DNA of 64,000 nt from Candidatus Latescibacterota bacterium (GCA_965223905.1 CBDCXV010000009.1:384001-448000), one strand, 5' to 3'. Shown: positions 10,743 to 25,372, counted from the first letter of the stretch. Translations and numbers: made by a program. The notes: generated by a model not told the origin, from the letters alone.

Positions 10743-13338
10743 ACCCGCCCTCCCATCCAACATCGGTCTGTACCGATCCGGGGTGACCAGCCCGGAGCGC
10801 CTGCGCCGCACCAGCGTCGCGCGCCAACACCTCCTCGACAACGCCATCGAATCCCTGCGGGGTTCGGTGGACAGGAAGTCGAAGAACCACCTGCTGTTCA
10901 TCGGTCCGCGCGGGATCGGCAAGACCCACCTGCTCTCGTGCATCGAAGACGCCGTTCAGTCGGACGAAACCCTGAGCGCATGTGTCGTAATCGTCAGGTT
11001 CCCGGAAGAATCGAACCGGACGCTGTCCTTCGCCGATTTCCTGATCGGCATGTGCGAAATATTGAAGGAGGTCCTCGAAGACGAACCGCTGTGGACGAAG
11101 TTGTTCGCCGCAGTGCAGACCGAAGAAGAGGACGCCAGGGTTGCCGACAGGCTGGTGCCCGCGATCCGCGAAGAGAATCGCAGGCGTGGCCGAACCCTGC
11201 TGGTCATGCTAGAAAACCTGGGCGAGATCCTGGACCGGCAAATTCGGGACAAGAACCACGTCGCCGCTCTTCGCAAGTTATTCATGGGCGACAACGGCTG
11301 CCTGCTGCTGGCCACCGCGCCGCTGCATTTCGACGGGATCACCGACGTGGGCAAGCCGTTCTACGACTTCTTCGACGTTCAGATCCTGGAGAACCTGAGC
11401 TTCGAGGAAACGGTCGAGGTCATCCGCCTGAACCTCGAATGGGAGGGCCGCGAGGACATTCTCGAAACGCTGGACGAAATGCGCCCGCGACTGCAAGCGC
11501 TCTATCGCATGACGGGGGGAAACCCGCGGTTGACGATGATGCTCTACGAGCTGATCGCCCACGAGTCGGTCATTAGCGTGCAGGATCAGTTCCTTCAGCT
11601 GCTCGACCGGATCTCGCCGTTCTATCAGGGACGATCGAACGATCTGCCGCCCGGCCAGCGCGCCTTGCTGGAATGTCTGGCGAGCATGCGAGACCAGGAG
11701 AAGACTCCGGCCGCCATTGCCGCGCGAATGCGCATGAGCCAGCAGGAGACGTCGTCGCTTCTCAAGCGCCTCACCAGTGCCCACTACCTGCGCGCAGACC
11801 GGCACCCGCAAGACCGGCGTTCGCGCCTCTACACGATTCGCGAGGGATTCTTCGATATCTGGCTCGCGATGAATCTCTCCCGCGGCGCACGCAGGCGCAT
11901 GCCGTTCCTGCTCGACTTCTTCAGTCTCTTCTACCCGAGCATCGCTGCCCGCGACGAAAAGCGCGGCCAGTTGCGCGCGAAGCTTCTCGAAGAGGGCAGC
12001 GCCGACGCGGGACAGGCCCTCGACTACCTGAGTGAAGTCGGCGACGAAGGGGAGCGAGCGGCCGCAAAGTTCGACATGGCCCGAATCTATGCCCGCCGTG
12101 GAGATGTCGATCAGACCGTGAGCTTCGTGCGGGAAGCCGCCCCCCTGGCCGGAGACGGGGTGAGCCGGTCGATTGTCCGCATTGCCGACACCACTCCGTC
12201 CGCTCCCGACTATCTCTCCGAAATCGGGGAGATGATCGAGTGCTGGGAGCTGCACCGTAGCGGGGAGTTCGAGGAGTTTGCCTACCGGCTCGCGGAGATG
12301 GGGGAAGGACTGACCCTGCGCACGTTCTCCGAGGTCAGACTGGCTTTTCTGCGAGATACCCTGGAAAGCGTGGGCGATTCCGAGGAGCGAATCGCGCAGC
12401 GCCTGAGGATTGCGAAGGTGCTGATGGATCTCGCTCGCTGGAAGGAGAGCGAGGAGCAGCAGCGCCGTGCGCTTGCCGAGGCGACGGCACTCGCAGATTC
12501 CGAGCTTGTCGCAAGGTCGTCGAACGAGCTGGTGCAACTGCTACAACGCACCAACCGACTCGGAGAGGCCGAGCCGCTGATGCGCCGTGCGTTGGAGATC
12601 CTCCTAGCCGCCTACGGCGAGCAGCACCCGGACGTGGCAACTTGCTTGAGCAACCTGGCGTCTCTGCTGCATGACACCAACCGGCCCGGGGAGGCCGAGC
12701 CGCTGGTGCGGCGTGCGCTGGAGATCGCGGAGGCCTCCCTCGGCGAGCAGCATTCGACCGTGGCGATCTACTTGAACAATCTGGCGATTCTGTTGAAGGA
12801 CACCAACCGGATCGAGGAAGCCGAACCGCTGATGAGGCGTGCGCTGGAGATCGACGAGGCCGCCCTCGGGGAGCAGCACCCAACCGCGGGGACTCGCTTG
12901 AACAACCTGGCGACTCTGCTGCAGGTCGCCAACCGGCCCGAGGAAGCCGAGCCGCTGATGCGGCGTGCGCTGGAGATCGCCGAGTCCGCCTTCGGGGAAC
13001 AGCATCCGGCCGTGGCGACTTGCTTTAACAACCTGGCGACTCTGCTGCATGATACCGGCCGGATCGAGGAAGCCGAATCGCTGATGCGGCGTGCGTTGGA
13101 GATCGCCGAGATGGCCTTCGGCGAGCAGCACACAAACGTAGCGACACACATGTACAACTTGGCGGTGCTGCTACTGCCTACTCACCGGATCGAGGAAGCC
13201 GAACCGCTGATGGGGCGATCTCGGGAAATCCTGGACACCTTTCGTCGCCAGACCGGGCACGAGCACCCGCAGTTCCAATGGGTGAACGAGAGCTACCAGG
13301 CCCTTCAGCGGGCCATGGGGTCGGATGAGCCGGATTGA
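10735..13338 (+). CDS. ATPase + winged HTH + kinesin-light-chain-type TPR protein
   Basis: GPRGIGKT, TGGNPR, MarR-like PAAIAARMRMSQQETSSLLKRL, six 42-aa TPRs. Confidence 0.88.
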   Translation: MPEPALPSNIGLYRSGVTSPERLRRTSVARQHLLDNAIESLRGSVDRKSKNHLLFIGPRGIGKTHLLSCIEDAVQSDETLSACVVIVRFPEESNRTLSFADFLIGMCEILKEVLEDEPLWTKLFAAVQTEEEDARVADRLVPAIREENRRRGRTLLVMLENLGEILDRQIRDKNHVAALRKLFMGDNGCLLLATAPLHFDGITDVGKPFYDFFDVQILENLSFEETVEVIRLNLEWEGREDILETLDEMRPRLQALYRMTGGNPRLTMMLYELIAHESVISVQDQFLQLLDRISPFYQGRSNDLPPGQRALLECLASMRDQEKTPAAIAARMRMSQQETSSLLKRLTSAHYLRADRHPQDRRSRLYTIREGFFDIWLAMNLSRGARRRMPFLLDFFSLFYPSIAARDEKRGQLRAKLLEEGSADAGQALDYLSEVGDEGERAAAKFDMARIYARRGDVDQTVSFVREAAPLAGDGVSRSIVRIADTTPSAPDYLSEIGEMIECWELHRSGEFEEFAYRLAEMGEGLTLRTFSEVRLAFLRDTLESVGDSEERIAQRLRIAKVLMDLARWKESEEQQRRALAEATALADSELVARSSNELVQLLQRTNRLGEAEPLMRRALEILLAAYGEQHPDVATCLSNLASLLHDTNRPGEAEPLVRRALEIAEASLGEQHSTVAIYLNNLAILLKDTNRIEEAEPLMRRALEIDEAALGEQHPTAGTRLNNLATLLQVANRPEEAEPLMRRALEIAESAFGEQHPAVATCFNNLATLLHDTGRIEEAESLMRRALEIAEMAFGEQHTNVATHMYNLAVLLLPTHRIEEAEPLMGRSREILDTFRRQTGHEHPQFQWVNESYQALQRAMGSDEPD
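12565..13230 (+). repeat. 126-bp tandem TPR-coding repeats (~6 copies)
   Basis: GA(G/A)GCCGA-CCGCTG-TGCG-CG-GCG-TGGAGATC-like unit at 12565, 12691, 12817, 12943, 13069, 13195 (last copy more diverged). Confidence 0.9.
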
Positions 13339-13482
13339 TTGCGGCGTAGCTTCGCCTCGAGTCAACGAGGCACTGAAAAAGGACCACCCGTACGGCCGGC
13401 GCCGGAGATGGGTTGGGAGGCAGGTCAGGCGGCCAACTGCGGCTGCGCCGCCACTCAGAGCGCCTCAGCCTGAGGCTGCCAA

Positions 13483-15524
13483 CTACCGAAGGATCGTGAG
13501 TTTCCGGGCGAGGATGTCTTCGGAAGTGGTGAGGCGGAAGAGGTAATTGCCACTCGCCAAGGGGCGGCCCCGGTTGTCGCGCCCATTCCAGGCGACATGG
13601 TAGAAGCCAGGAGATTGGACTTCGTCTACCAGCGTGCGTATCCGTTGGCCCAAGAGGCTGTAGATCGCGATCTGCACCGGTCCGCCCTCTGAGAGGGAAT
13701 AAGTGATCCGAGTGCCTTCATTGAAGGGATTCGGATAATTGGGCGCTAGATCGGTGACCAATGGCGAGACATCCAGACCTTCGATAGCTGTCGCGCACAT
13801 AGGAACGTTGGTCATACTACTGATCCTCGAGAGTTCCGCAGGCAAGCACTCCTCGATACCCTGGCCGCCGAAATAGAAGTCTCGCAATTTCGTGAGTTGT
13901 GCAAACTCCAACGGAATGGAGCCCGTCAGTTTATTGCCAGATAGACCCAGGGTCTCCAGTATGACCGATCTGCAACCGCTCGAGTTTGGTAAGCTGCCCT
14001 AGCTCGGGAGGTATGGAGCCCGTCAGTCGGGCTCCGCGCAAATTCAGTTCCCGAAGTGCCGTCAATTCCCCAAGCTCCGGGGGGATCTCCCCCGTCAGAA
14101 TCCCCATACGGTTCCGGGACGTCCGAACCAGCCGCATTCCGGTTACCTGCGAGTCATTGACAATGATTCCTTGCCAGGACTCGATGGGTTTGTCCCCTGT
14201 CCAGTCCAGGCGGTAGTCACCACCCAAGGCATCCCGCAACGCCAGGAGCGTCTTGCAGTCCCTTACCAGATCCGGGTGTTCCTCCGGATTCTTTACAGCA
14301 AGCCCGTTCTCGCACGGATTGGCGTATTCCGGGCAGATAGGACCGTCGAAAAAGCGGACCAACCCTGCAGGAATACACCCCACCACCACATCGGGATCAA
14401 CTCTGATCCTGGAGAGGTTGCCGAGTTGACCCAACTCCCGGGGAAGAGGACCAACGATGGAATTGCCGCTGAGGAGCAGCAGCCTCAGCTTCGACAACTT
14501 TCCCAACTCTGAAGGAATCTGCCCGGTCAAGGCATTGTTCTCGAGGTCCAGTATCTCGAGCCCGCCAAGTTTCCCCATCTCGGTTGGAATCGATCCACTA
14601 AGTTGATTGTCATTGAGCGCCAAATGTCTCAATTCTGGCAATCGACCCAACTCCGCAGGGATGGATTCGGCCAATTCGTTTTCTCCGAGCCACAATGTCT
14701 CAAGACGCTCAAGTTGTCCGAACTCCGGAGGGATGGGACCCGTCAACTGGTTGCGGCGTAGGTCCAGGTGACGGAGGTTGGATAGCGCGCCTATTTCGGG
14801 GGGGATCAAGCCGGTCAAACCAGCAGTACTCAATTGCAGTACTCTCAGGTTCTTTGCCCTGCCAATCTCAGGTGGTATTGGCCCCATCCAGTCATTGTCG
14901 CCGTAGCGGTTACCAAGCCCCAGTGCTTCGAGACTGCTCAGGTTGGTGAAGAGCTCGGGCGGTATCGGGCCCCTCAGGTTGTTGTTATTGAGGAACAACC
15001 ACTTCAACTCCCGCAGGTTGAAGAGCTCGGCGGGTATGGGGCCCACCAGACTGTTCCCGCTGAGGTCCAGACGTACAAGATGTGTCAAATTCACCAGCTC
15101 ATGCGGGATCGGACCCTCTACAAGGTTGTGCTCAGTAAGTACCAGTTCTGTGAGCGCTGTCAGTTTCCCCAACTCCGAGCGCTGTCAGTTTCCCCAACTC
15201 CGATGGTAGTGTACCCTGCATAGAAAAAACCGTGCCCTCGGAGAAGTGAAAGAAATGCAGTCTTGCGACTCGGGAGTTGTCAATAAAGACGCCATGCCAA
15301 TCGGTTATGGGGATGTCCCCTGTCCACGTGCCATCCTCCCAGTGAACTCGAAGAAAGAGCTGATCCCGTACAGCCAACAGAGCCTCGCAGTCCTCCACCA
15401 AGGCGGGGTGGTTCTGTGGTTCCGGGATGACGATGCCGTTGGTACAGGGGGATGACTCTGCGGAACTTGGAGTTGTGGAGCCTATGATAGCCAAGACCGC
15501 AAGAGCAAAGGACTGCCTCCGCAT
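13483..15524 (-). pseudogene. Secreted plant-type LRR protein with C-terminal FlgD-Ig domain, split into three frames
   Basis: Signal peptide, two CxNG...LVxDC caps, LxGxIPxELGxL repeats, NYPNPFN. Frameshifts from a 25-bp duplication (15152-15201) and a deletion near 13960. Confidence 0.88.
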
Positions 15525-15756
15525 TGGGACCCCTTCTACGGATCAATCTCAAAACGACCTCTCCGAGCCGCCAAGAGCACGGCCGGAATGTGGACCAATC
15601 ACCTCCGGGGTAGAAGGTAGAAGGATAAGAAAGAGCACCTTGGGCGGCAAAAAGGCAGGTAAGGAGACGAGATTTAAGGAACTTATACTGGATGGTAACG
15701 GAGGGATGGGCCTTAGCTTTTTGCTTGGCTCCATTTTCCTCTCATGTATTTCATGA

Positions 15757-16311
15757 TCACAGCATCCAGAAGCCGGTGATACGAATCTTGTCCAGCTCCA
15801 GCCAGGACTGGTCTGGAAAACGGCTCGTGGTCTCACGGTATTGAGCGAAGATTCCCCACCGGATGAAGCATCCAAGGCGCTTGTGAGGCGACCAGGCTAT
15901 GCCCGATCCCACGGTAATGTTCGGGGCACCCCTGTCGCTAGATGATATGGCCCCGTTATCGTTCTTGATCTCTCTGATTACGAACCCGTCATAGGGGTAA
16001 TCCACTTCGTATAGAACGAGTCCGGGTTCCAGGAAAGTGAACCACGATGTCTCTTTTGTCCGATGGTGAAAGGCTTTCACCGTGAGCCGAACGTCAAGGT
16101 CCAGAGTCCAAGTGTCCCAATCAGCCACATGGGTAAAGACGTTGGTCCCCAAGGTGAGCCCATAGGTGAACCGAGGACCGATCCTCCACAGGGAACTGGC
16201 GTCTGCATCTCTGAGACTGACCCCTACGGCCCAGCGAGATTGTCCATGCTGAGGCAGGGCAGCCTCAGCATGGACAGCGAACAGTATGAAAAAAGCTACC
16301 AGAAGTGTCAT
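15757..16311 (-). CDS. Secreted hypothetical protein, possible beta-barrel
   Basis: RBS GGAG, signal peptide MTLLVAFFILFAVHAEA, alternating aromatic strands. Confidence 0.55.
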   Translation of the reverse strand: MTLLVAFFILFAVHAEAALPQHGQSRWAVGVSLRDADASSLWRIGPRFTYGLTLGTNVFTHVADWDTWTLDLDVRLTVKAFHHRTKETSWFTFLEPGLVLYEVDYPYDGFVIREIKNDNGAISSSDRGAPNITVGSGIAWSPHKRLGCFIRWGIFAQYRETTSRFPDQSWLELDKIRITGFWML

Positions 16312-16352
16312 AGGACACTCCTTTCTCCCGGATTTACCCTCCCGATTGGTAT

Positions 16353-17024
16353 TCAGGGATTCAGGGAACCCACCCTGATCTTGGCCGAATTGCTGCCCTC
16401 CCCATCCAGGCTGATCCCCACCTGGAGTACGACGCCTCGATTGTACACGGTGACAGCGATTCCCCTTTCCTCGAGAATGCTGGAGAAACCGGCGAACCGC
16501 GCTTCGAGACCGCTGTGTCCGAGCTCCTGTATGGGGCATACGGCGCGTTGGACCGCGATCCCGCGCTTCTCTGCCTCGGCAAGAATAGCCTTTGCATTGG
16601 ACTGGCCGCCGAGGTACTCGCTGGCACCCACGTAGAACTGCGTGGGCAGCGCATTATCGCTCCCGGCATTGGGATCCGCCGTGTTGAGCACGAGAACGGG
16701 GATACCCTCCGCGTGCGCGCGCTCGACGCTCTCCCGGATCGTTTCCGGATCCGGGCAGGTAATTCCGATGCCATTGACCTTGTTTGCGATGGCATCGTCG
16801 AGGAAATCGGGCATATCCTCGATTGAAAAGGTGGGATTGCTCAGGCATTGCACGTCGACATCGTAGCGTTCGGCCGCGTCTTCCATGCCCTTGATCACCA
16901 CGTTCCAGAACGGATTTCCCGGCCCGCCATGCGTGACGAAAGCGAACTTGTAGCGTTCCTGGGCGACTGCGGGGTGCAGACAAGTGAATACAAGAAAAAG
17001 CGCGGGAATACAGCGAATAATCAT
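16353..17024 (-). pseudogene. Sugar ABC transporter substrate-binding protein, C-terminally truncated
   Basis: FVTHGGPGNPFWNVVIKGMEDAA...GIPVLVLN; similarity ends at about 190 aa; no permease nearby. Confidence 0.75.
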
Positions 17025-17234
17025 TGGGAACTCCTGTCTCGAAATGATGGCTTCAGAGGGGGACGGAATGTCTCCCTTCAGGCGCTCTCGGGTCAAGATG
17101 CTGACCAACGGCGACCAGGGTTCGGGCCGACCACCGAGTCCCCGCCGGTCCGGGCCCGCGACTTGTAAGGGCGAACGGTATTACCGTACACTCAGAGCAT
17201 GTTTATCCGCACTGTTCACCACCGAGGACCGCCA

Positions 17235-17540
17235 ATGGCTACCGACGGCATCAAAGTGAACATGACCCCTTCTCATCCAGGTGATTTCATTCGTACGGAG
17301 ATCATCGAGGAGTTGGATCTGAACGTGACAAGGGCAGCCGAGATTCTGGGGGTTCGGCGGGCAACGCTTTCGGATTTACTGAACGGCCACGCTGTGCTGT
17401 CGCCTGAGATGGCACTGCGTATCGAGAAAGCCTTCGGCGTGGGTATGGACATGCTACTGAGGATGCAGGCCTGGTATGAGGCCTCGCAGATGCGCGCTCG
17501 TGAAAGCGAGATCAGCGTCCAGCGTTATGAACCTGCCTGA
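17235..17540 (+). CDS. higA: HigA-family antitoxin (orphan)
   Basis: PSHPGDFIR...LSPEMALRIEKAFG...LLRMQAWY. Confidence 0.9.
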   Translation: MATDGIKVNMTPSHPGDFIRTEIIEELDLNVTRAAEILGVRRATLSDLLNGHAVLSPEMALRIEKAFGVGMDMLLRMQAWYEASQMRARESEISVQRYEPA

Positions 17541-17651
17541 CCGACATCGCTCCGGGCCATCGTGAGGTTTACGGAAGACCCCGGCAACAGAGGGAGATAT
17601 GCGCGTAACCAGGCCGGAACCCGGCCGTTTTGAAGCAAGGAGCAAAGGCAA

Positions 17652-18890
17652 TTGAAAGCCCGACCTGACCTCGTCCCCGAGACCGAGCGGGACCATCTGG
17701 AAGTCATTCAGCTCACGGATGAGTCGATTCCCTCATCGCATGTCTATATGGAGGCGCAGATCTTCACGCCCGATTCGCAGCGGCTGATCCTCCACCGCTC
17801 AGCGCACCCTCACGGCTCTGATCCGCAGGACCCCGAGCATCAGTTTCTGATTTGCAACCTGGCAGACAATTGCAGCCTGGCGCCGATCACCGCCGAGCCT
17901 GGAACGACGGGGCCGTCTATCTCACCAGATGGCGACTACCTGTACTACTTCGTCGATGAAACAGAGCCAGGAACAGACGGACGACTGACGCTGAAGCGGG
18001 TCGGGCTGGATGGGTTTGAACGCGAGATCGTCTACGTCCTGGATCACGCGATTCCGGGGACCGGTTTCAGGCTGAGCCGGCCGTATCCGCTTTCGACGAT
18101 TTCATCCGATGGCGGGCGCATCGCCATCTCGGGATTCCTCGGGGACGGCAACACCGCCGGGGCGCCCTGGGGTCTGCTCGTCTTCGAGATCGAAGAGCCA
18201 TCCGTGCGGTTGGTCGTGCACGGTCCCACCTGGTGCAACCTGCATCCGCAGTACACGCGTCAGACGGATCCCGCGGCTTCCCACGACATCATGATCCAGG
18301 AAAATCACGGGAATACCGTTTCAGCCGATGGCAGGCTGGAAAAGCTCGTCAGCGGGCTTGGCGCGGACATCCATCTGATCCGGGACGATGGCACGGATCT
18401 GCGCGACTTCCCCTGGGGCCGGGACGGGAACGAGTTCTGTCAGGGGCATCAGTGCTGGCAGGGGAGAAGCGACATTGCCATCACCAGCACCTCGACGCGC
18501 GAACCGGACGAAAGACAGCTCATCTCGGGCAGGGCGACCGCGCACGTCGGCGATGAAGGCATCAACACGCCGGGCGGCTGGCGCAACGATCTGTCCCGCT
18601 CCTTTGCCGGGCCCGATTTCTGGCATTTTGCAACGGACATGGACGGGACCCGTCTGATAACAGATGCGGGTCCGAAAGACGGGGGCGGCGCGGTCTGGCT
18701 GTTCGACCTTCCCGAGGAAGAGGAAGGTGCGCTCGCCAATGCGCGGAAGGTCGCAAACCCCGGATCGTCCTGGCAGAAGGACACCCACATCCATCCTTTC
18801 CTCTCGCCGGATGGAGGTTGGGGCTTCTTCAATTCCGATGAAAGTGGCGTGTTGCAGGCCTATATGGTGCGCGGCTGGGAAGTGACGTGA
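17652..18890 (+). CDS. TolB/oligogalacturonate-lyase-like beta-propeller protein
   Basis: SHVYMEAQIFTPD, HIHPFLSPDG, FNSDESG. Confidence 0.7.
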   Translation: MKARPDLVPETERDHLEVIQLTDESIPSSHVYMEAQIFTPDSQRLILHRSAHPHGSDPQDPEHQFLICNLADNCSLAPITAEPGTTGPSISPDGDYLYYFVDETEPGTDGRLTLKRVGLDGFEREIVYVLDHAIPGTGFRLSRPYPLSTISSDGGRIAISGFLGDGNTAGAPWGLLVFEIEEPSVRLVVHGPTWCNLHPQYTRQTDPAASHDIMIQENHGNTVSADGRLEKLVSGLGADIHLIRDDGTDLRDFPWGRDGNEFCQGHQCWQGRSDIAITSTSTREPDERQLISGRATAHVGDEGINTPGGWRNDLSRSFAGPDFWHFATDMDGTRLITDAGPKDGGGAVWLFDLPEEEEGALANARKVANPGSSWQKDTHIHPFLSPDGGWGFFNSDESGVLQAYMVRGWEVT

Positions 18891-18925
18891 GAGAGTGGCA
18901 TTGATAACCGGCTGTTCTGCGGCTG

Positions 18926-19432
18926 TCAGCAGGTGTCCAGCAGTTTGCGGAGCGCGGCCTTTTCACGGGCATCGACGCTGAGTTTGTACTTCGTCTTCAC
19001 CCGGATGATGGTTCGTGCGAACCAGCATTTATTCCGTCTGGGTGACCAGCCGGCCGCATCCTTGTTGTATTTCCTTCGATTGACGCTCGGCAGGGCCAGA
19101 ACCAGGTTGTCCAGGTCCTGGGCAAACTGTTCGCGTCGAGCATAGGAAGCGCCGCACATACCAGAATCGTGGGCTTCGGACAGGGCCACTACGTGCTCGA
19201 TGTGGCTTTCGTTCAGGCTGGAGAACCGGTACCCGGTATAGCGGGAAACCCTTCCGTCCCGTTTTGCAATCAGGGGTTCAACAGATTGCGGGTAGTAGTA
19301 GTCGGACCGATCGTAGGAACTGCACCGGTATTCCGGCCTCACTGTCAGGGTGTTCAGCTTCCTGGTATCTGAGCAGGAATACCAGGCATAGACCAACAAC
19401 AGCAACACCAAGGCACATACCCAACGATTCAT
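18926..19432 (-). CDS. Secreted HNH nuclease (DUF1524-like)
   Basis: HIEHVVALSEAHDSG...NLVLALPSVNRRKYNKDAAGWSP. Confidence 0.85.
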   Translation of the reverse strand: MNRWVCALVLLLLVYAWYSCSDTRKLNTLTVRPEYRCSSYDRSDYYYPQSVEPLIAKRDGRVSRYTGYRFSSLNESHIEHVVALSEAHDSGMCGASYARREQFAQDLDNLVLALPSVNRRKYNKDAAGWSPRRNKCWFARTIIRVKTKYKLSVDAREKAALRKLLDTC

Positions 19433-19540
19433 CGCTTTTTGTACAAGAAGCCGAGCTGGTGATTCATCCTTTGCTTGAGTCTCCGCAGGACCTTCAGGTC
19501 AATTTCCGGATGGTCCAAGGTGGGTACATCGACTCCTTGT

Positions 19541-19954
19541 CTAACTGTGTATCCCGTCCAGTTCGGGCAAGAGTTTAACGCTCTCTTGTTCGTTGGGGTC
19601 CGTCCGGGCGATCACGGCAGTGCAGGTTTCGGTCTTGCTGGGATTGTAGGGAAGGTGAGGGATGCCGGCGGGGATGTAAATGAAGTCGCCGCTGTCGATG
19701 TCTGCATGTTCTTCCAGCCGCTCGCCATACCACATTCCAGCCTGGCCGCTGATGACATAAACAGCTGTCTCGTGGTTTTCGTGCAGGTGTGCCCTGGCTC
19801 GTTCTTCAGGAGGCATGTTCAGCAGGTGCATGCAAATCCCCTGCGAGCCGGTGTTCTCGGCGGCGATCCCCGCAATATAGGAGAGTGCCTGTTTGCCTTC
19901 GTAGGATTCCCGGCTGCGTATCACTTTGCAGGATGGGCTGGAGTGCTCTGACAT
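19541..19954 (-). CDS. Cupin domain protein
   Basis: AHLHENHETAVY...GDFIYIPAGIPHLPYN. Confidence 0.9.
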   Translation of the reverse strand: MSEHSSPSCKVIRSRESYEGKQALSYIAGIAAENTGSQGICMHLLNMPPEERARAHLHENHETAVYVISGQAGMWYGERLEEHADIDSGDFIYIPAGIPHLPYNPSKTETCTAVIARTDPNEQESVKLLPELDGIHS

Positions 19955-20182
19955 TGGTTTCCTCCGTGGATTTTGCAGATCAAAGACACCAGTCCGTCGA
20001 ACAGGTACTTCTGTGCCCGGCCGAGTTCCTCGTAGCTGGGGGTCTTCTGCCTCTCGGGATTGGCGATTTAGAAGGAGTTTTGTGCCCGCGCCGCCACCGT
20101 GTTGAAAATGGCGCGGTGGTCCAAGTCCGTCTTCACAATGGCCAAGTGCGTCCGAACTGCTTCGAGAGATAGGGAGTCACCA

Positions 20183-21349
20183 TCATTCGGGTTCTTCTCT
20201 CTGTGACTCGGGCCTTAAAGTCCTGAATCGCTGGGTGCGGTGGTACTCCAGTGGGGAAATGTGGCGGTCATCAACCAATCGCAAGCGCATCCCCTTGTGC
20301 ACCCCGAGGGCAGCCGCATCGGATCCGGACAAGGCTGGGGAGATGAGGATCTTCCCATTGTCGGCAAAGCTGATCATGCCCACCTCGAACAGCGCGTCCA
20401 TGTGGACAGCCAGCAGCAGTCCGTTGAACAGGTTGGTCCGGTCCTGGATGGATGCCTTCCGCCAGGGGATGATGTGGGCGGCGCGTACCAGGTCCGGGTC
20501 TGTCACCCCCGTCACTGCACAGCTTCCCCAGTGGTCGATGAGTGCATCTCTGAACCGGCCTTGGCCTATGCGAGCCTTCACCACCGCGTCGCGCTCCGTC
20601 GGTCCGAGCTCTTCGTAGTCCCGCACGTCAGGAAGCGCCCCATCCTCCTCCATCTGTCGCCCGATGATCCAGGCAAAGGAGTGGGCGTCAAGGGCCGTGA
20701 CTTCACAGTTCAGTTGTTCCGACAGCAGGGCTTGGAGTTCCAGCAGGATGGCGTTGAACTCCTGGTAGTTCACCCAGGAGCACTTGCCCCTCGCCGAGAA
20801 GTCGATGCCGAGGCGGGGGAGAGACCGTTCGAAGGTCTTGGGGGCGATGGGCAGGAACCGTGTTCGGTCCTTCAGGAACATCAGGTAGGCAAGGAGGGGA
20901 TAGTTCTTCCCGACAATCTCAACGAGATCCTCGAAAGCTTTCCGTGTGTCGCGGTCCCGGTAAAGCCTGAACAGGCAGGCTTCCACTTGGCTGCGTGCCT
21001 CGTCGGAACCAAGGGCAACGTAGAAAAGTTGGTGTGCACGTTTATTCTCACCGCGGCGGCGGTCCCACTGCACAAGGTTGTTGACGGGAATCTCGATTGC
21101 GCTGATAACGGCCTTCAGGATCTGGCCGGTACCGACAGAGGAAGTTTCCCAGTTTCCGAAGTTCAGTGCCTCGTTGCCGACCATGCTGACCTCGAGCTTG
21201 TAGCCTTCCTCCCGACGGATATAGGGGTTGGAGGCAAACGATTCGAAATGCATCCCGCACTTGCGCTCGACGAACTTGAGAAAGGCGTCCAGGTGCTTCT
21301 CGAACAGGTAGGGGTCGATTGAGTGATTGCTGGCGCTCAACGTAGTCAT
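20183..21349 (-). CDS. HNH endonuclease (putative restriction-type)
   Basis: ARIGQGRFR...CAVTG...AAHIIPW...NGLLL...DALF. Confidence 0.88.
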   Translation of the reverse strand: MTTLSASNHSIDPYLFEKHLDAFLKFVERKCGMHFESFASNPYIRREEGYKLEVSMVGNEALNFGNWETSSVGTGQILKAVISAIEIPVNNLVQWDRRRGENKRAHQLFYVALGSDEARSQVEACLFRLYRDRDTRKAFEDLVEIVGKNYPLLAYLMFLKDRTRFLPIAPKTFERSLPRLGIDFSARGKCSWVNYQEFNAILLELQALLSEQLNCEVTALDAHSFAWIIGRQMEEDGALPDVRDYEELGPTERDAVVKARIGQGRFRDALIDHWGSCAVTGVTDPDLVRAAHIIPWRKASIQDRTNLFNGLLLAVHMDALFEVGMISFADNGKILISPALSGSDAAALGVHKGMRLRLVDDRHISPLEYHRTQRFRTLRPESQREEPE

Positions 21350-21637
21350 GGTCACTGCCCCTCGTATTGACTTCGACACTTGTATATGAAACTTCGTGGC
21401 TTTCCATCCCCAGGGAACGGATTCCGTGGGTCCGGGTCAAGGAGGGGGTTGCCATGCAGAAACCGCCGCCTGACCCCAAGCCCAGCAGGGGTGAATGTTA
21501 GCCGCGTGACGGGATCAGCGTCCGTTTCCCTACCTTCTTGGTGGTATCATTTCTGCCTCTTCATTTAATAGCACGCAGGGCCAAGAAACGCTGACCTCGC
21601 ATCCGGGGTTGGCCGTTCCCAATCGGAGAGCAGGTCC

Positions 21638-25099
<3,462 letters not shown>

Positions 25100-25142
25100 C
25101 GGTAACCGTCGATACCCTTTCCAGCATCGAATTCACGCCTTT

Positions 25143-25164
25143 TGGACCCGGCTCGCCGGGTCCA
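25143..25164. terminator. GC-rich hairpin after the helicase gene
   Basis: TGGACCCGG-CTCG-CCGGGTCCA. Confidence 0.5.
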
Positions 25165-25183
25165 GCTCCCCTCACCGCACCGG

Positions 25184-25212
25184 TTGCTAGCGAGTAAGCA
25201 TTTACCTATACT
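25184..25212 (+). promoter_or_regulatory. Sigma70-type promoter
   Basis: TTGCTA-17 bp-TATACT. Confidence 0.7.
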
Positions 25213-25237
25213 GAAGGCATAACCTAGGGAGAGAATA

Positions 25238-25372
25238 ATGGCGGGGACGAAACGTATCGTACGGGAGGCACCCAAAAGGGGCACGGTAAAGATATCCACA
25301 ATTAAAAAGGCAGTTGCCAGTGTCAAGAAAAATAGGACGCAAGGTAGGAAGTCTACTCGCAAATCTAGATAA
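25238..25372 (+). CDS. 44-aa highly basic peptide
   Basis: GGGAG RBS; MAGTKRIVREAPKRGTVKISTIKKAVASVKKNRTQGRKSTRKSR; ends 2 bp before the next gene. Confidence 0.55.
   Translation: MAGTKRIVREAPKRGTVKISTIKKAVASVKKNRTQGRKSTRKSR

Noticed and set aside
12565-13230. Regular repeats as a CRISPR array or DGR template
   Set aside because: They are in-frame 126-bp TPR coding repeats with no unique spacers and no cas genes or intact RT.
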